Of a stretch of 64,000 bases of DNA, positions 13,101 to 24,122 are shown piece by piece. How positions within the stretch are numbered: the stretch's first letter is position 1; each line of letters starts with the position of its first letter. Source of the DNA: Podospora anserina. Lineage: Eukaryota. The notes below the pieces were generated by a model. The model worked only from the letters and a program-made list of their open reading frames with translations. It was not told where the DNA came from and searched no databases. The position numbers and the translations under genes were made by a program. The DNA lies in contig CM030335.1 of the NCBI GenBank assembly GCA_017654855.1, positions 2,232,001 to 2,296,000 of the forward strand. Reading direction: 5' to 3'.

Positions 13101-15197
13101 AGCAAAGTGTCTACGTGGAAAGTCTGAGAAACCTTTCCGACGTCCGAGTTGCTGTCATATCTTGGCAGCTCCTAGTACGTGAAGCTTTTTTGGTCGCGCG
13201 AGTTCACTTTCGTACTGACTTGAAATAGGGCAAGATCCTTGATGCGCACCGCCGACTGGAATCCTAACCAAGAGTGCTGGTTGACACAGTGACAAGAACG
13301 ACATACGTACCTACCTATGTGGGGCACCTGCAAGGCCCACCTTTCACCAGACCCCACACTGGTGTTTGCTTTAAGGCTGTGTGGGGCAATAAGTGGGGAT
13401 TGGTGGAGAACGATAATTTATAGGCTTTGCTCAGTTTTGGGGGGGAAACTCTCTCTCTTATCAATACAACGCTTTTCCTCCTCAACTTTGATGATATTTT
13501 GCCTGGTGATTCGAGCCCACGACGACCTCCTACAGCTGTTTTCCTGTTTACCTTTTACACTCAGAACTCTTACTAAGAACAACTCTGTAATACCAATTTT
13601 GTTGATCAATTTCTTGCTTTCCTGACCTCACTTTCGCCGGCAACGACTTTCCTAGGCCGTTGCCCAACAACCTAGTTCTTGCTCTGGAGTCTTGGGCAAA
13701 GGTCAGAAAGCCGAGGTAGTGCACTACTACTTTGAGGTAGTCCATCCACCCATTTACATCTTATTTTGGATAGCAGTTGGTTGCACGTCTCGATGAGGAC
13801 GGTGAAGTCAGCAGCTTGTGGACGCAGCTCCTGCAGCAAGTTGTCGGCAGTCATCAGGTCATTGGCGCTGGCAAGCTCATTACAACCCCATGTCGCAGGG
13901 GCAACATGGATTGATTACAGATATTTGGACACATTTTACTGCTTGGTGTGCTACCTGGGATGCCACGATTCCCGCTGAATGTCGCATTTTGGGTTTGTTT
14001 TTAACACTTGTAAGTTTTCTGTTGGCTGTGCCAAGTCAATGTTGACATTGCCCCTTATTTCCCCTGAGTGCCAAGGCGTTAGTGGTTGGGTTAGGGTTAC
14101 TGTACGAGACAGCGAGGGTGATGGAAGGAATGTTTTGAAATCATTGGGATCAGGGTTTTGTCTATTGAGCGAAAGGTTAAGAGGAAGGAAGTAGAATATT
14201 TTGAGTCAGATTACTCTTTAAACCAAGAGAAGGATTTAGATAATTTTTGTTTCTTTGGAAGGAAGTTTAAGAACTTCAAGGTGACCATCCAAGCTCTCTT
14301 CGTCATCGCCCTCGTCAGCATTAAGATCCGGCCGTTATCAATGGGATTGTTGCCATCAACTATCATTCTCTTCCTCTTCATAAAGATCCCAGCATTGTGG
14401 ACAGGATGTCCAATGGCACATATCGTTCACAGCTCGTCGCCAGAAGAATCACTATTTCGTCTGAACCTACCTCGGGGCTCAATAGGTGCGGGAAGGAAGG
14501 AGCAACAAATCTTCTGCGCCTACCCACGCTGGAGGCCAACGGAGCAGCGAGACGAGACGAATTTGAGTCGGGTGACTTGGGGATGTTGAATTTCAGGGTG
14601 TGCATGTATATAATCTGGTTATCCCGATGGACATTACGATCCTGAATAAACAGTCTCAGTAGTCTCTTGAATGCTTTGGGAAGGCATGCAATGGGAACTC
14701 TGTTGGGCCAAATGCTAGCCGAAGTGGCCTCAGGGATTCCGGCCTGGTCAAAAGACTAGATTTCAAAAGAAATGGGTGCAGGGCGCGAAATCTAAAGGCC
14801 ACGCAACCAGGTTTCACTGTACGGGCAGCCCGACGGCTTTTCTTTTCATCCCAGCAAGCAATTTGAAAATTTGCATTTCGTCGCCTTTTTTTTCGCTGCA
14901 CCTCTAAAGGTCTAGTCCTTACAGTTCTTATTGACCTTATATACTATCTACGCGCATAATAATGGGGTATATTAACACAGTGAAGCAGCTCGTTATAGAG
15001 GCGATTGTGCTCCATACCTACCTCGCTTACCTCTATGTAACCTGACAACTGTTTCTGGCCTCAGTCCCAAGTTCGATTGCCGTTCCCTTACCCACGGCAC
15101 CTCCCCACGCCACTCTATGGTCATGATCCAAACCGCATATCTTATCCTCTTCTCACACTGAATTGTGTCGAAGGAAGATTGTCGTATTCGACTCCAG

Positions 15198-15425
15198 ATG
15201 GGAAACCCAAGGGGAGCTTTTAGAACCGCCCTGGTAATCAAGAACAAAAGACCCCCGGCAGCGAGCGTCACGGCAACCATGACGACGCTTGGATTCGCCA
15301 AGGGGCCAAGGCAAGACGAAAATCATTGTACCCTCTCTCCTCCCTGGTACACGACGAGGTTCAATCGACACTCGCGCCCCATAGCGTGGATCAAGAACCG
15401 GGAGACAGGCCCAGGAGGTCGTTAG
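15198..15425 (+). pseudogene. Divergent copy A of the ~87-aa Cys/Trp domain family
   Basis: PPWYTTRFNRHSRPIAWIKNRETG aligns with PPGFYAHDWKHTGRPVR(W)KKDWETG. The N-terminal Cys motif is absent. Confidence 0.55.
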
Positions 15426-16488
15426 ACGATTCTCACAAGGTGTGAAGGTACCGGTAAGCTGGGATGCTTTTGTTTTTAGCTGGCCGATTGCTTGGACATG
15501 AGAATCGACGTAGTTGATAGAGCGATCCTACTAGACAAGGTCATTATGAAACCAAGAGTCGTCGAGGATGTCACTTTGACAATGAAGAAGGACATATACA
15601 AAAAGGATGACTGCAACGGAGGTAAGCTGCTTGATAGTAGCCTTGAGTATCCAGATAGGCATGTGTTGCACAAGTCCTCGGACCAATTATGCATAGTATA
15701 TTTGCGGCTTAAAGCTAACTTCTAGAATAAGCCTGAGCCTTGGTGGGGGGCTGTCTGCTGCATTCGTGTGGCGTCTTAACTCTGGTCTATGGAATTAGAT
15801 CTTTAGCACCCTCTATCAATGTGTTGACACAGAGAAACATACTCCAGGTAGAAATAGGATGGGGAGGTATAGGTATATGTCTATGAGCTCCTTTCGCAAA
15901 AATACTAGATCCTTCTTACTTGGGAAGGTACCTGTATCTCAGTCGTGAGAGTCCCGGACGAAGTCTTGTTAGTGCAAAGCAAACTTACTGCCAGCGAGAG
16001 TTTATATCTCTATTCCTTCAAAACTACCACCAAAGTTCAATAACCACAAGGTAAGCAAGCTATTGATGCAGCGGATTGTGAAGTAAACTGACAGTAATAT
16101 CAAAGGAAGAGCGACTTAACATCAGAACAGCAAGTACATCACCTCTCTTTTGAAGATACCCACGAACCACTGCCATCTGATATTAGTTTTGGCGGCGTTC
16201 TTGGCTTTGGTTTCAACTTGCGTCCAATGTATCTAGTCTGAACTGCTTGTTATCCCAACAGGCATATAAATAGGTATTCAAGGGAATGGATCCTATTTTG
16301 GGTCCGGCGTCAAGTGAATTTTGTCCTGCGGGCTTGCTCCTGTCCCCACAATTCCCTCCGTCCAGCAGCGCTCTTGAGCAGCTCTTATCCCCTTCTTCTG
16401 TCCGTTTCCTCGCGACTGTCACCAAGACCTCCAACCACGCAAAGAAAACTCCAATTCGACTACACACAAATACAGATTTTATCACAAC

Positions 16489-16755
16489 ATGGCCTCAACT
16501 ACCGACAACTCCACGTACCTGCGCCGCTGCCAGTGTGACCGTGATGAGTGTGAAAGAAATCTGCGACGCCTTGCGATACTAATGATGACGAATTCATCAC
16601 TTCATAAGCCTAATGGCGCTACCGTCACTCCCCCCAGTTTTTCCACGCGCGACTGGCTACACATCGGATGACCCGTCCGTTGGATCAAGGACTGGGACAC
16701 TGGGGTGATTCGCAGACGATGTCTGATGGACGACCTCTGGGATAAGCAGGAGTGA
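16489..16755 (+). pseudogene. Copy B of the ~87-aa Cys/Trp domain family, with an internal TGA
   Basis: CACAACATG start. MASTTDNSTYLRRCQCDRDECERNLRRLAILMM...KPNGATVTPPSFSTRDWLHIG*PVRWIKDWDTGVIRRRCLMDDLWDKQE*. The TGA at 16669-16671 replaces the conserved Arg. Confidence 0.8.
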
Positions 16756-17372
16756 ATTCGGACCTCAGGTAAGTCAACATCATCAGAAACTATCGGTTTA
16801 GGGCCAAGTATCAGAGGCTAGTGACGAATGATCAAATCATGTTTCATTTTGGGTTATTCGGAGCGGCGGCAACGCGAAGTTGCGGATATGAAGCCACCAA
16901 AAGTGTCACCAAATCATTCTCTACGTACGTATCGCCTCAATTTAATAAGCAATTAAACTTTCATTGAGCATATTTCCTAACCATAATATGTAGAATTGAA
17001 CTACCACGCTGAATCGACTGCATAGAGACATGAGCTTCAGGTTGTTTTCAAAAAGGAGCTCGAGGAGGAGTCTGGGAGTTGAGAGCAAGAGAGCATTTGA
17101 TAACAGCACCCAGCATGTTGTATTTTCCATTTTGCGAAATTTGTATTGTAGAATGAGTGTTCGACATTGCCTACCTACCTTACACCGGCCTTGCATTTCA
17201 TAAATACATCAACCCGCAAACAGTCCCCTGTTTTTTCTATTTTACCCTCTACGTAAGGTACGCACAATCCTAAACGTGTGGTCTGCTCGACATGTCCAGA
17301 ACAGACAATCGCATGCATCATCTCGAGCCCTGTTCACCACGGCCACCATTACCGCGCATCTATAAGAGATAG

Positions 17373-17660
17373 ATGGAACCCAGCTTCAGCCCGCCTAAGG
17401 TACCTTCGGTTTCTCTTACGAGCAAAGTCGTCACTATCGACAAAATCAAGGAGATGCCGAAGGAGTCCAGGACCACGAAAACCTGGGACATAGAAGAAGA
17501 GACTGAAAATGTGTCTTTGGGCAGCGCTTATCGTCGGACGCCATACTCACTTTCGCAAGTTCCGAGGGGGGCCTGCCCACCTCACCTTGGCTTTTGGAGA
17601 CATGATTGGCAGCCTAGGCATTGAACGTCCTGTTCGCTGGATCACTTGGAGAAGACAGGT
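17373..17660 (+). pseudogene. Degenerate copy C of the Cys/Trp domain family, frameshifted
   Basis: GFWRHDWQ followed, after a frameshift, by IERPVRWITW, matching the family core. Confidence 0.55.
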
Positions 17661-18149
17661 AGAAGACTTTGACTTTAGATAACTTCAATGACGAGGACCT
17701 CGAGAGTACAAAGTAAACAATGACTTCATTTCACACATCAACAGCGTGAAACTAGCTGTGACTGAAAGGATAGAGACATCGGGATTCTTCAGATTTGAGA
17801 GCTTGACTAGACGTCTTATGTGGTTTGTCGAGTCATCATTCATAACTGTGACTGAGCATTTGTTTATCATTCTACAGTTACGCCGGGGGCCAGGTCTCCA
17901 AAGACCTGTACCGGACTGCTAACATCCGCGTAGGAATTGCTGTTGGTCTGTCAGCACGTGCATCGTTGCGTCTGGATTGCTCGGTTTATGCTTCCGGTCA
18001 ATATTTCATCTGAGCACTCTTCCTTTTTTTATTAATCCCCCCACTTGTTAGTGCAAAAGAACTATTCCCATCGGCAATCACACTGGTACTTGCAACCACA
18101 CTTCCTGACGCAACTTCAGTTGCTTCACCCACATAAGGTAGCCACAAAA

Positions 18150-18668
18150 ATGACCGCAAACACCACCGAGGACCACAAGCTCCGCTGCCAATGCGGCAGA
18201 AGCGAGTGTGAAGAACGAAACCGGAGAATGGCCAAGATCGCGATGGCCGTTGCCTCGGCCTTCCTACCCAACGGCGCGACGCTGGTCCCTCCCGGCTTCT
18301 ACGCCCACGACTGGAAACACACCGGTCGCCCGGTCCGCTAGAAGAAGGACTGGGAAACCGGTGTTGTCCGACCCCGCAACTTGATGGATGATCTCCATGA
18401 TCAAATATCCATGTCCGTCTCAGAAGATCATCAGCCACGCTGCCAGTGTGGCAGGGATGGATGCGAAGCAATTAATAAACACATGGCCACAGTCACGATG
18501 GCCATCGCGTCAGCTTCGCTTCCGAACGGCAGCACCGTCAATCCCCCGACCTTTTACCAGCGTAACTGGCGACACACCGGACGTCCGCTGGTTTGGAAGA
18601 AGGATTGGGATACGGGCGTTGTTCGACCACGCTGTCTCATGGACGACTTCCGCGAGAAGGATAGGTAG
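18150..18668 (+). CDS. Two-domain (2 x ~87 aa) Cys/Trp protein interrupted by one in-frame TAG at 18339-18341; edited gene or pseudogene
   Basis: CACAAAAATG start. Domain 1 (18150) and domain 2 (18411) are in one frame, 261 nt apart, and align end to end. The TAG falls where domain 2 and copies A, B, C, E and F have Trp. Confidence 0.8.
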
Positions 18669-19223
18669 GTGCAGAATTAATGTCTTGATTCTTCGCGTAG
18701 AAGGAATTACATCTGACTCTGTCATAGAAAACCACCAAATCATGAAGATCGTTGAGTTGCTGTTGGTCACGAAGGTCCAGTCTGTGGTCAGAGCCTGGTG
18801 AGTGGCAAAAGAGACTCGGTTCTGACTTTTGAGTAAAATCACAGCACAGATTTCATTAACGGTTCTTGGGATATATCCTCAGATTATGGCAACCAACTAC
18901 AAGTCGATCGTAATCACCGGAAGAGCTAGTACGATAGGGCACTAGGTGGAAAGGTTGAGTGAAGGTACGGTTTGAGTGGGACAGTGTAGGTAGGATAGGA
19001 AATGGGAGAGTGTACGATATGCCTATCTTTCAATTCTCTCTCGAGTGCCCTTACTTTTGAACCTAGACACTCAGAAACTCGGGTCTATACCTTTAACAAG
19101 TTAAACCTGTCAAACTTAGAAAAGTGGGAATCTTTAACCCCCTTCCCCACTACACGTTTATATCCTACAATACTCGCCAAGCCACTCGAGAAAAACACTT
19201 AGACTTAAGATTTTGAGATTCTT

Positions 19224-19313
19224 CCCTTCTTTCCCCTTCTTTCCCCTTCTTTCCCCTTCTTTCCCCTTCTTTCCCCTTCTTTCCCCTTCTTTCCCCTTCT
19301 TTCCCCTTCTTTC
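19224..19313. repeat. Tandem 10-mer (TTCCCCTTCT) x ~9
   Basis: Pure pyrimidine tandem array, directly visible. Confidence 0.95.
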
Positions 19314-19669
19314 TTTCCTTTGCTTCCACAGCACAGTACTACAAGACGACAATCCCAGCTTGTCTTGATATGACTCCAGATCTTCGGGGAACCATATCAT
19401 ATCTCTCAACCCATCCCTAGAATGTCACAGCCACAAAGCTCTCACCATGGCGACCCCTAGCATCCACCGCAACAAACGACACTCTAATGGTGAACACCAA
19501 AGAGAACCGGCGGATGACCGGTCATCGGGCCCGAAGTGGGTCCGGAAGATGATCACCGCCAATATATTTCACCCTCGTTGTCCAACCTCTCCTGAACATG
19601 ACGAAGTGGCAGAATGATGAAAACCAACTGAGCCGCCGCTGCCGACACCCATCGAAGGTCATGTGGAGC

Positions 19670-19748
19670 CAGGGTGGGCAGTAAGTCAAGTCAAGCCAAG
19701 TTTGGAGTCTTACTTGGTTTGACTTGACTTGACTTACTGCCCACCCTG
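19670..19748. mobile_element. 79-bp hAT-type MITE (non-autonomous DNA transposon)
   Basis: Perfect 26-bp TIR CAGGGTGGGCAGTAAGTCAAGTCAAG at both ends. 8-bp target-site duplication TGTGGAGC at 19662-19669 and 19749-19756. Confidence 0.9.
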
Positions 19749-20031
19749 TGTGGAGCTTGATGCCAATTGGATAGCATTCAAAAGAAGGAGGGCTGATGAT
19801 GACGCATATTGCGATCACAGAAACTTGAATACACCCGGCCAGAGTAGAAAAAAGGTTGTGGAAGAAATTAAGTTTAGGGATTCACGATAAGAACTTATTT
19901 GTCTGCCTATACAGTCTCGATGAGTAAGATCCCATTTCAACGTCACCCCTTCAGCTCTTCATCTTTTCAGACATCTACCCCTTTTTCTTGCGTCTATTTC
20001 TTCAGCCAACAGTCACCTAGGTAGCTGTAAG

Positions 20032-21420
20032 ATGCTTCACAGGGGACTGGCATTACACTCGCTCAAGACCGCCCTGGAATCATATGGAGGTCAACATTCA
20101 GCTTGTATTGATATGTATGCAATTAGTAAGATTTATGATATATTTATTCATTCCACACCCATACCAGCATCAGGAGACAGCCATCTCTACAGAATGCAAG
20201 GCCCTGCTGGGACTCGTCCCTCCAACGGTAGAAAATAGGGATTTCTTGACGCAACGAGCGACTTTGCTAATGGTTTAAGGTGGTGGTATAGAGTATTTAT
20301 GAATATAACCAGCCCTGGAACAACGATCCCTTTTGACACATTCAAAACTCATCAAGACATATTGAATCAGTCCCCCGCGTGGTTGGAAATTGGACCACAA
20401 TTGAAAGTCTGCTAGTTTCTTCCCCTCTCTTTTGTCTGATACTGACGCGCGCTGGTACAACACGGAGTTGGCTCACGCTACCAGAATTGCGTCCCCCCCC
20501 CAAACGATCCGAAGCGTTACCGCGCGGTCCGCGAATCCGTCCCAGTCTCGCAAAAAGAAAACAAACATTTCCAAAATTCAAAAGAAATGGCAAGATGTAT
20601 GTATCGGATTCCCAGAACTTGAATCTCCTGTCATCCTTCTGACATAAATACCAACCAGGGGCAGACCTCAAATGCGCAGAACCCCGGTCACCAGAAGACC
20701 GATGATGAGGAGAAAGCCTCAGATTTGGCGGAGAGCTTTCCTGAGTTTGAGCATGTGATCGGCTGTGTTTGTGGCGAGATCTATGAGGGAAGACTACGAG
20801 CATTAGCGATCACAGTGATGACTCATGATTTCCCTCGGCGGCTACTGATTTGGAAGAGAGACTGGAAGTCGGGGAAGATCAGTTCCCGCAACAAAATGGA
20901 CGACATATATGAGAAATGAAGCCATGCCGCGAGATTCCATGGCGATTTCAATTTGGTATCTCAAGGTACGATACATGACCAGTCGTTCCTTTTCAGTTTC
21001 TCTTATGACAGATGAAAGTCTTAACATGTTGGAAATAGGTGACCTGGACTTTCCAAAACCCTCTATCGAGGAGAAGAACCTTACAGCGTTGGAAGTTTGC
21101 GGCAGGAGAGGGTGACTGTGGTTGTGGTCCAATCTGCGAGGCACGACTTTGGTCCCTTGCTATCACTGTCATGCCACATCAAGCGCGCCATAAACCCAAT
21201 GGAACTATAGCATCGCGCCCCCTAAGCTCGATAAGAGGACTCGCAAGTTGTCGAGGCGGCCTTTGATGTGGAAGCAGGACTGGACTCCCAGAAGCTCAGG
21301 CTCACATTGGAATGACAGAGGTACGGCGTTTTGTCCGTCACCGGGCGAGAGTCCTTGCATGGAAAGACCATACGAAGGAAAAGGGCAAAGGGCTGAACTT
21401 GGAGGATGATTCCTATAGGA
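20032..21420 (+). pseudogene. Degenerate multi-exon gene ending in copies E, F and G of the Cys/Trp domain
   Basis: Intron 20597-20658 (GTATGT...CTGAC...CAG) joins KKWQD to GQTS...CVCGEIYEGRLRALAITVM...RRLLIWKRDWKSGKISSRNKMDD (E, ends 20919). F: CGCGPICEARLWSLAITVM...KPNG, frameshift, RRPLMWKQDW (21110-21283). G: RHRARVLAWKD...NLEDD (~21320-21420). Confidence 0.6.
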
Positions 21421-21492
21421 TACCCAAGGGACGGGGTCATGGATCAAATCTCATGTTCACATTGCGCTTTTAGAACTTCAGGCTCTCATTAA

Positions 21493-22554
21493 GTGCTTAT
21501 GCAGGAACCTATAAGGTCATCTCAGCTTGATTTACTTGGCATTCATCCAAAGATCTATAATACTAACGAGTGGGTACCAAGAATAGCGGCTTCAGTCCTC
21601 TGTCGAAGGATGGCTTGTTCCAGCCTTCCGTCTCTAAATCAGCAACTGCCTTCGCTTTCCTCGGCCTTTTGCTCCAGAAAACCCCAACCAGACACAGTTG
21701 AAAGCGACCACCTCATTACAGAAACCTCGCATGGTAAGGTTTGCGTCATCATGAAGTTGCCCAACATCGCCGCCCCAGCGTTGATGCCGTCTCCTCACAT
21801 ACTTCCGTCCAGCTTCGGCCTTGAGGCCACACCTTGAACTCCTCGCCAGGGCACAAAGAGACACGTAAAAGTGTCCTCAGAATCCCTTAACCAGGATCTC
21901 AAGCGTCGTACCACCGCATCCTTACCGCCGTCCTCCGAACTACTCCCGTCCGGCCGTACCCGCGAGGAAACGGAGGCCCGTCCTGCTCCCAAGGCGCACC
22001 AAAAGGAGTATCAACTCATCACCGCTTTCACGCACCAGATACAAGCGTCGCAACACCGAGGACTTGGACAACGACCAAGGGAACTTTCATACAGCCAAGC
22101 CTCCGGTCAAGCAACAACGCGTGACGGAATGTGTCCTCTCAGCTCGTTCCAAGCGTCCTTGCCTGTGTCATCTACACCCGCTCACAATGACACCCCGGAT
22201 GCGACTCAAGCTTCACAACAACCCAAATGTCCGACTCCTGATCGCGAGATTTAGGTTCCTGCCAGCCCAAGCCCCGTGATTTACTCTCTTGTCTCGTACA
22301 AGCTGGGGCCAGAGATCAGGGAAAGCTCTCCGGGCAATGCGCAGCGGATTCTGCTCAAGTAACAAGACGAAAGATTATCACTGCTTCGATCTCGGCAAAT
22401 GTTTGTCCCATTACAGGCTATACGACAAATGAGTTTAGTGAGCCGGAAGAGGGATATTGCTAAGTATCTTGAATGTGATACTTGCAAAATGGGCTTGGAT
22501 CAGGTCAGTTGGATCTCGATCGTTCTTTACAACTGGGGCATGACCGAAGACTGA
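21493..22554 (+). pseudogene. Possible pseudogene: long S/P/T-rich frame with three in-frame stops
   Basis: ORFs 21493-21837 and 21871-22254 and the downstream sequence share one frame broken by TGA, TAG and TAA. No family recognised. Confidence 0.35.
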
Positions 22555-24122
22555 CAGTGTACAAAGCAGCTTCTTGATTGAGTATATCGACCTCAATTTC
22601 AACCTGTCTTTGAGCCGACGACATCATGAAGAAGAGCTCTACTGGACCCTACTGAGAATCAGTATTTGCAAAGCGGAAGGAGATAAACCTCCAGTCGTGA
22701 TTCGAAGCTGATCTGGAGCGGAGGGGACAAGATCGTGTCAAAAAGGTGGAGGCTTAATGGAATTTTATCCACACAATTTGGGTCGTGAAGTTGCTCTGAG
22801 ATGGGTGTTTGCGATTTGTGAGGAAGCACGGTGAAGATGAAATGATACTGTAACGCAGTGCTCTTGTCACACTTCATTGTGTGTACATATTTGCTTGATA
22901 GCAACTTTGCCTATGAAAGTGACAAAGCAAATGCATGCTGTGAGCACGAAATAATGTTGGAGCATGTGCAATAAGGCCAGCTGGAGCTGGGCCGGCAAGA
23001 GATGATGGTGCAAACGTCAGGGCCTAGAGTCATGTGGGCGAGAGCATCTGACAAGTTTGTAGTTATGATTCCTCGGCGGAAAAGCAAAGAGGGTGGCTAC
23101 ATCATGGTAAAGATACGAACGCCACAGACGCGGGACTGCGGGTTTGGGCTGTGGATAGTGTATTATGTGCAGTATTGACTGATAGCGTTTGCTCACAAAC
23201 GGACGAGGCTGACCGTAACTGTGAGTGGTCCACAGCAACTCTCGGAGCTGGGGCAGGACGCCGGTTATGTGGCTGCCCGTCAAAGATCATCTCGGCGGGA
23301 TGACCCTTCTCTGATAACAGCTTGTGAATGACAACAGATGATGTTACATATAAAGAGAAGCCCGGAATATTCTGGTGTTCCCGGAAGACGTATCCGAGAC
23401 ACCCATCCATCCAATAGCGCAGGGCTGCAAAAGAAAGGTCAACTTCAATACCTGCAATAGCGGTGTGTAAGACGGGACGACTGTGTGCCACACACCAGCC
23501 AGTTGCCTCGGCCACGTCATTTCCTTCTCCTGATTGGTGACTTAATGCTTCCTTCCTTTTTGTCCAAATTTTGAGCCATCACCAGAAAACCACAAACATC
23601 TATGAAGACAATCGCCTCGGGCAGCTATGCCGCGGTGAAGCAGCTGTGTTACCGACCTTGTGGTAACTCCCGAATCCACCATTCGAGTGTGCCAAGATTG
23701 GGGGCATTTTCAACCGTTAAGCTCAATTCAGTAGTAAGCTGGTACACTAGGTACGTTCCTACGTTGACGCACAGACCACACACCGTTCATCGTTTATTGC
23801 GACGTCAATGATATTTGTTGCCCACTTACTGCATTGAGGCCTACAAGAAAACAGCAGCTGGCATGCAGCTCTTGTCGCTGCCTGACGTTGGGCAATCACT
23901 CATTTAATTTCTACTATATATACTCTCCACTCTTTTATCCTGTTGTTGTTTCTTCACGTTGCCATCTCCTTCCTCCTTCTATCCCGGAACTCTCGTTTGA
24001 GCTTCTGTTTCTCTGCCAACCCATCAAGTGGTGTTTGGAAGGGATTGAGAAGTAGTCCGCAGCAGTATTGTTGAGGACTCACCTTCCAACACCTACCGGC
24101 GTATTGATGCCCAACATTTACA

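Noticed and set aside
14088-14100. GGGTTAGGGTTA telomere-like motif
   Set aside because: Only about two units; expected by chance.
19158-19409. ORF with RRGKKGKEGE repeats
   Set aside because: Translation of the 10-bp tandem repeat.
22659-23515. Minus-strand ORFs upstream of the Argonaute
   Set aside because: No consistent exon structure or recognisable motif could be built.
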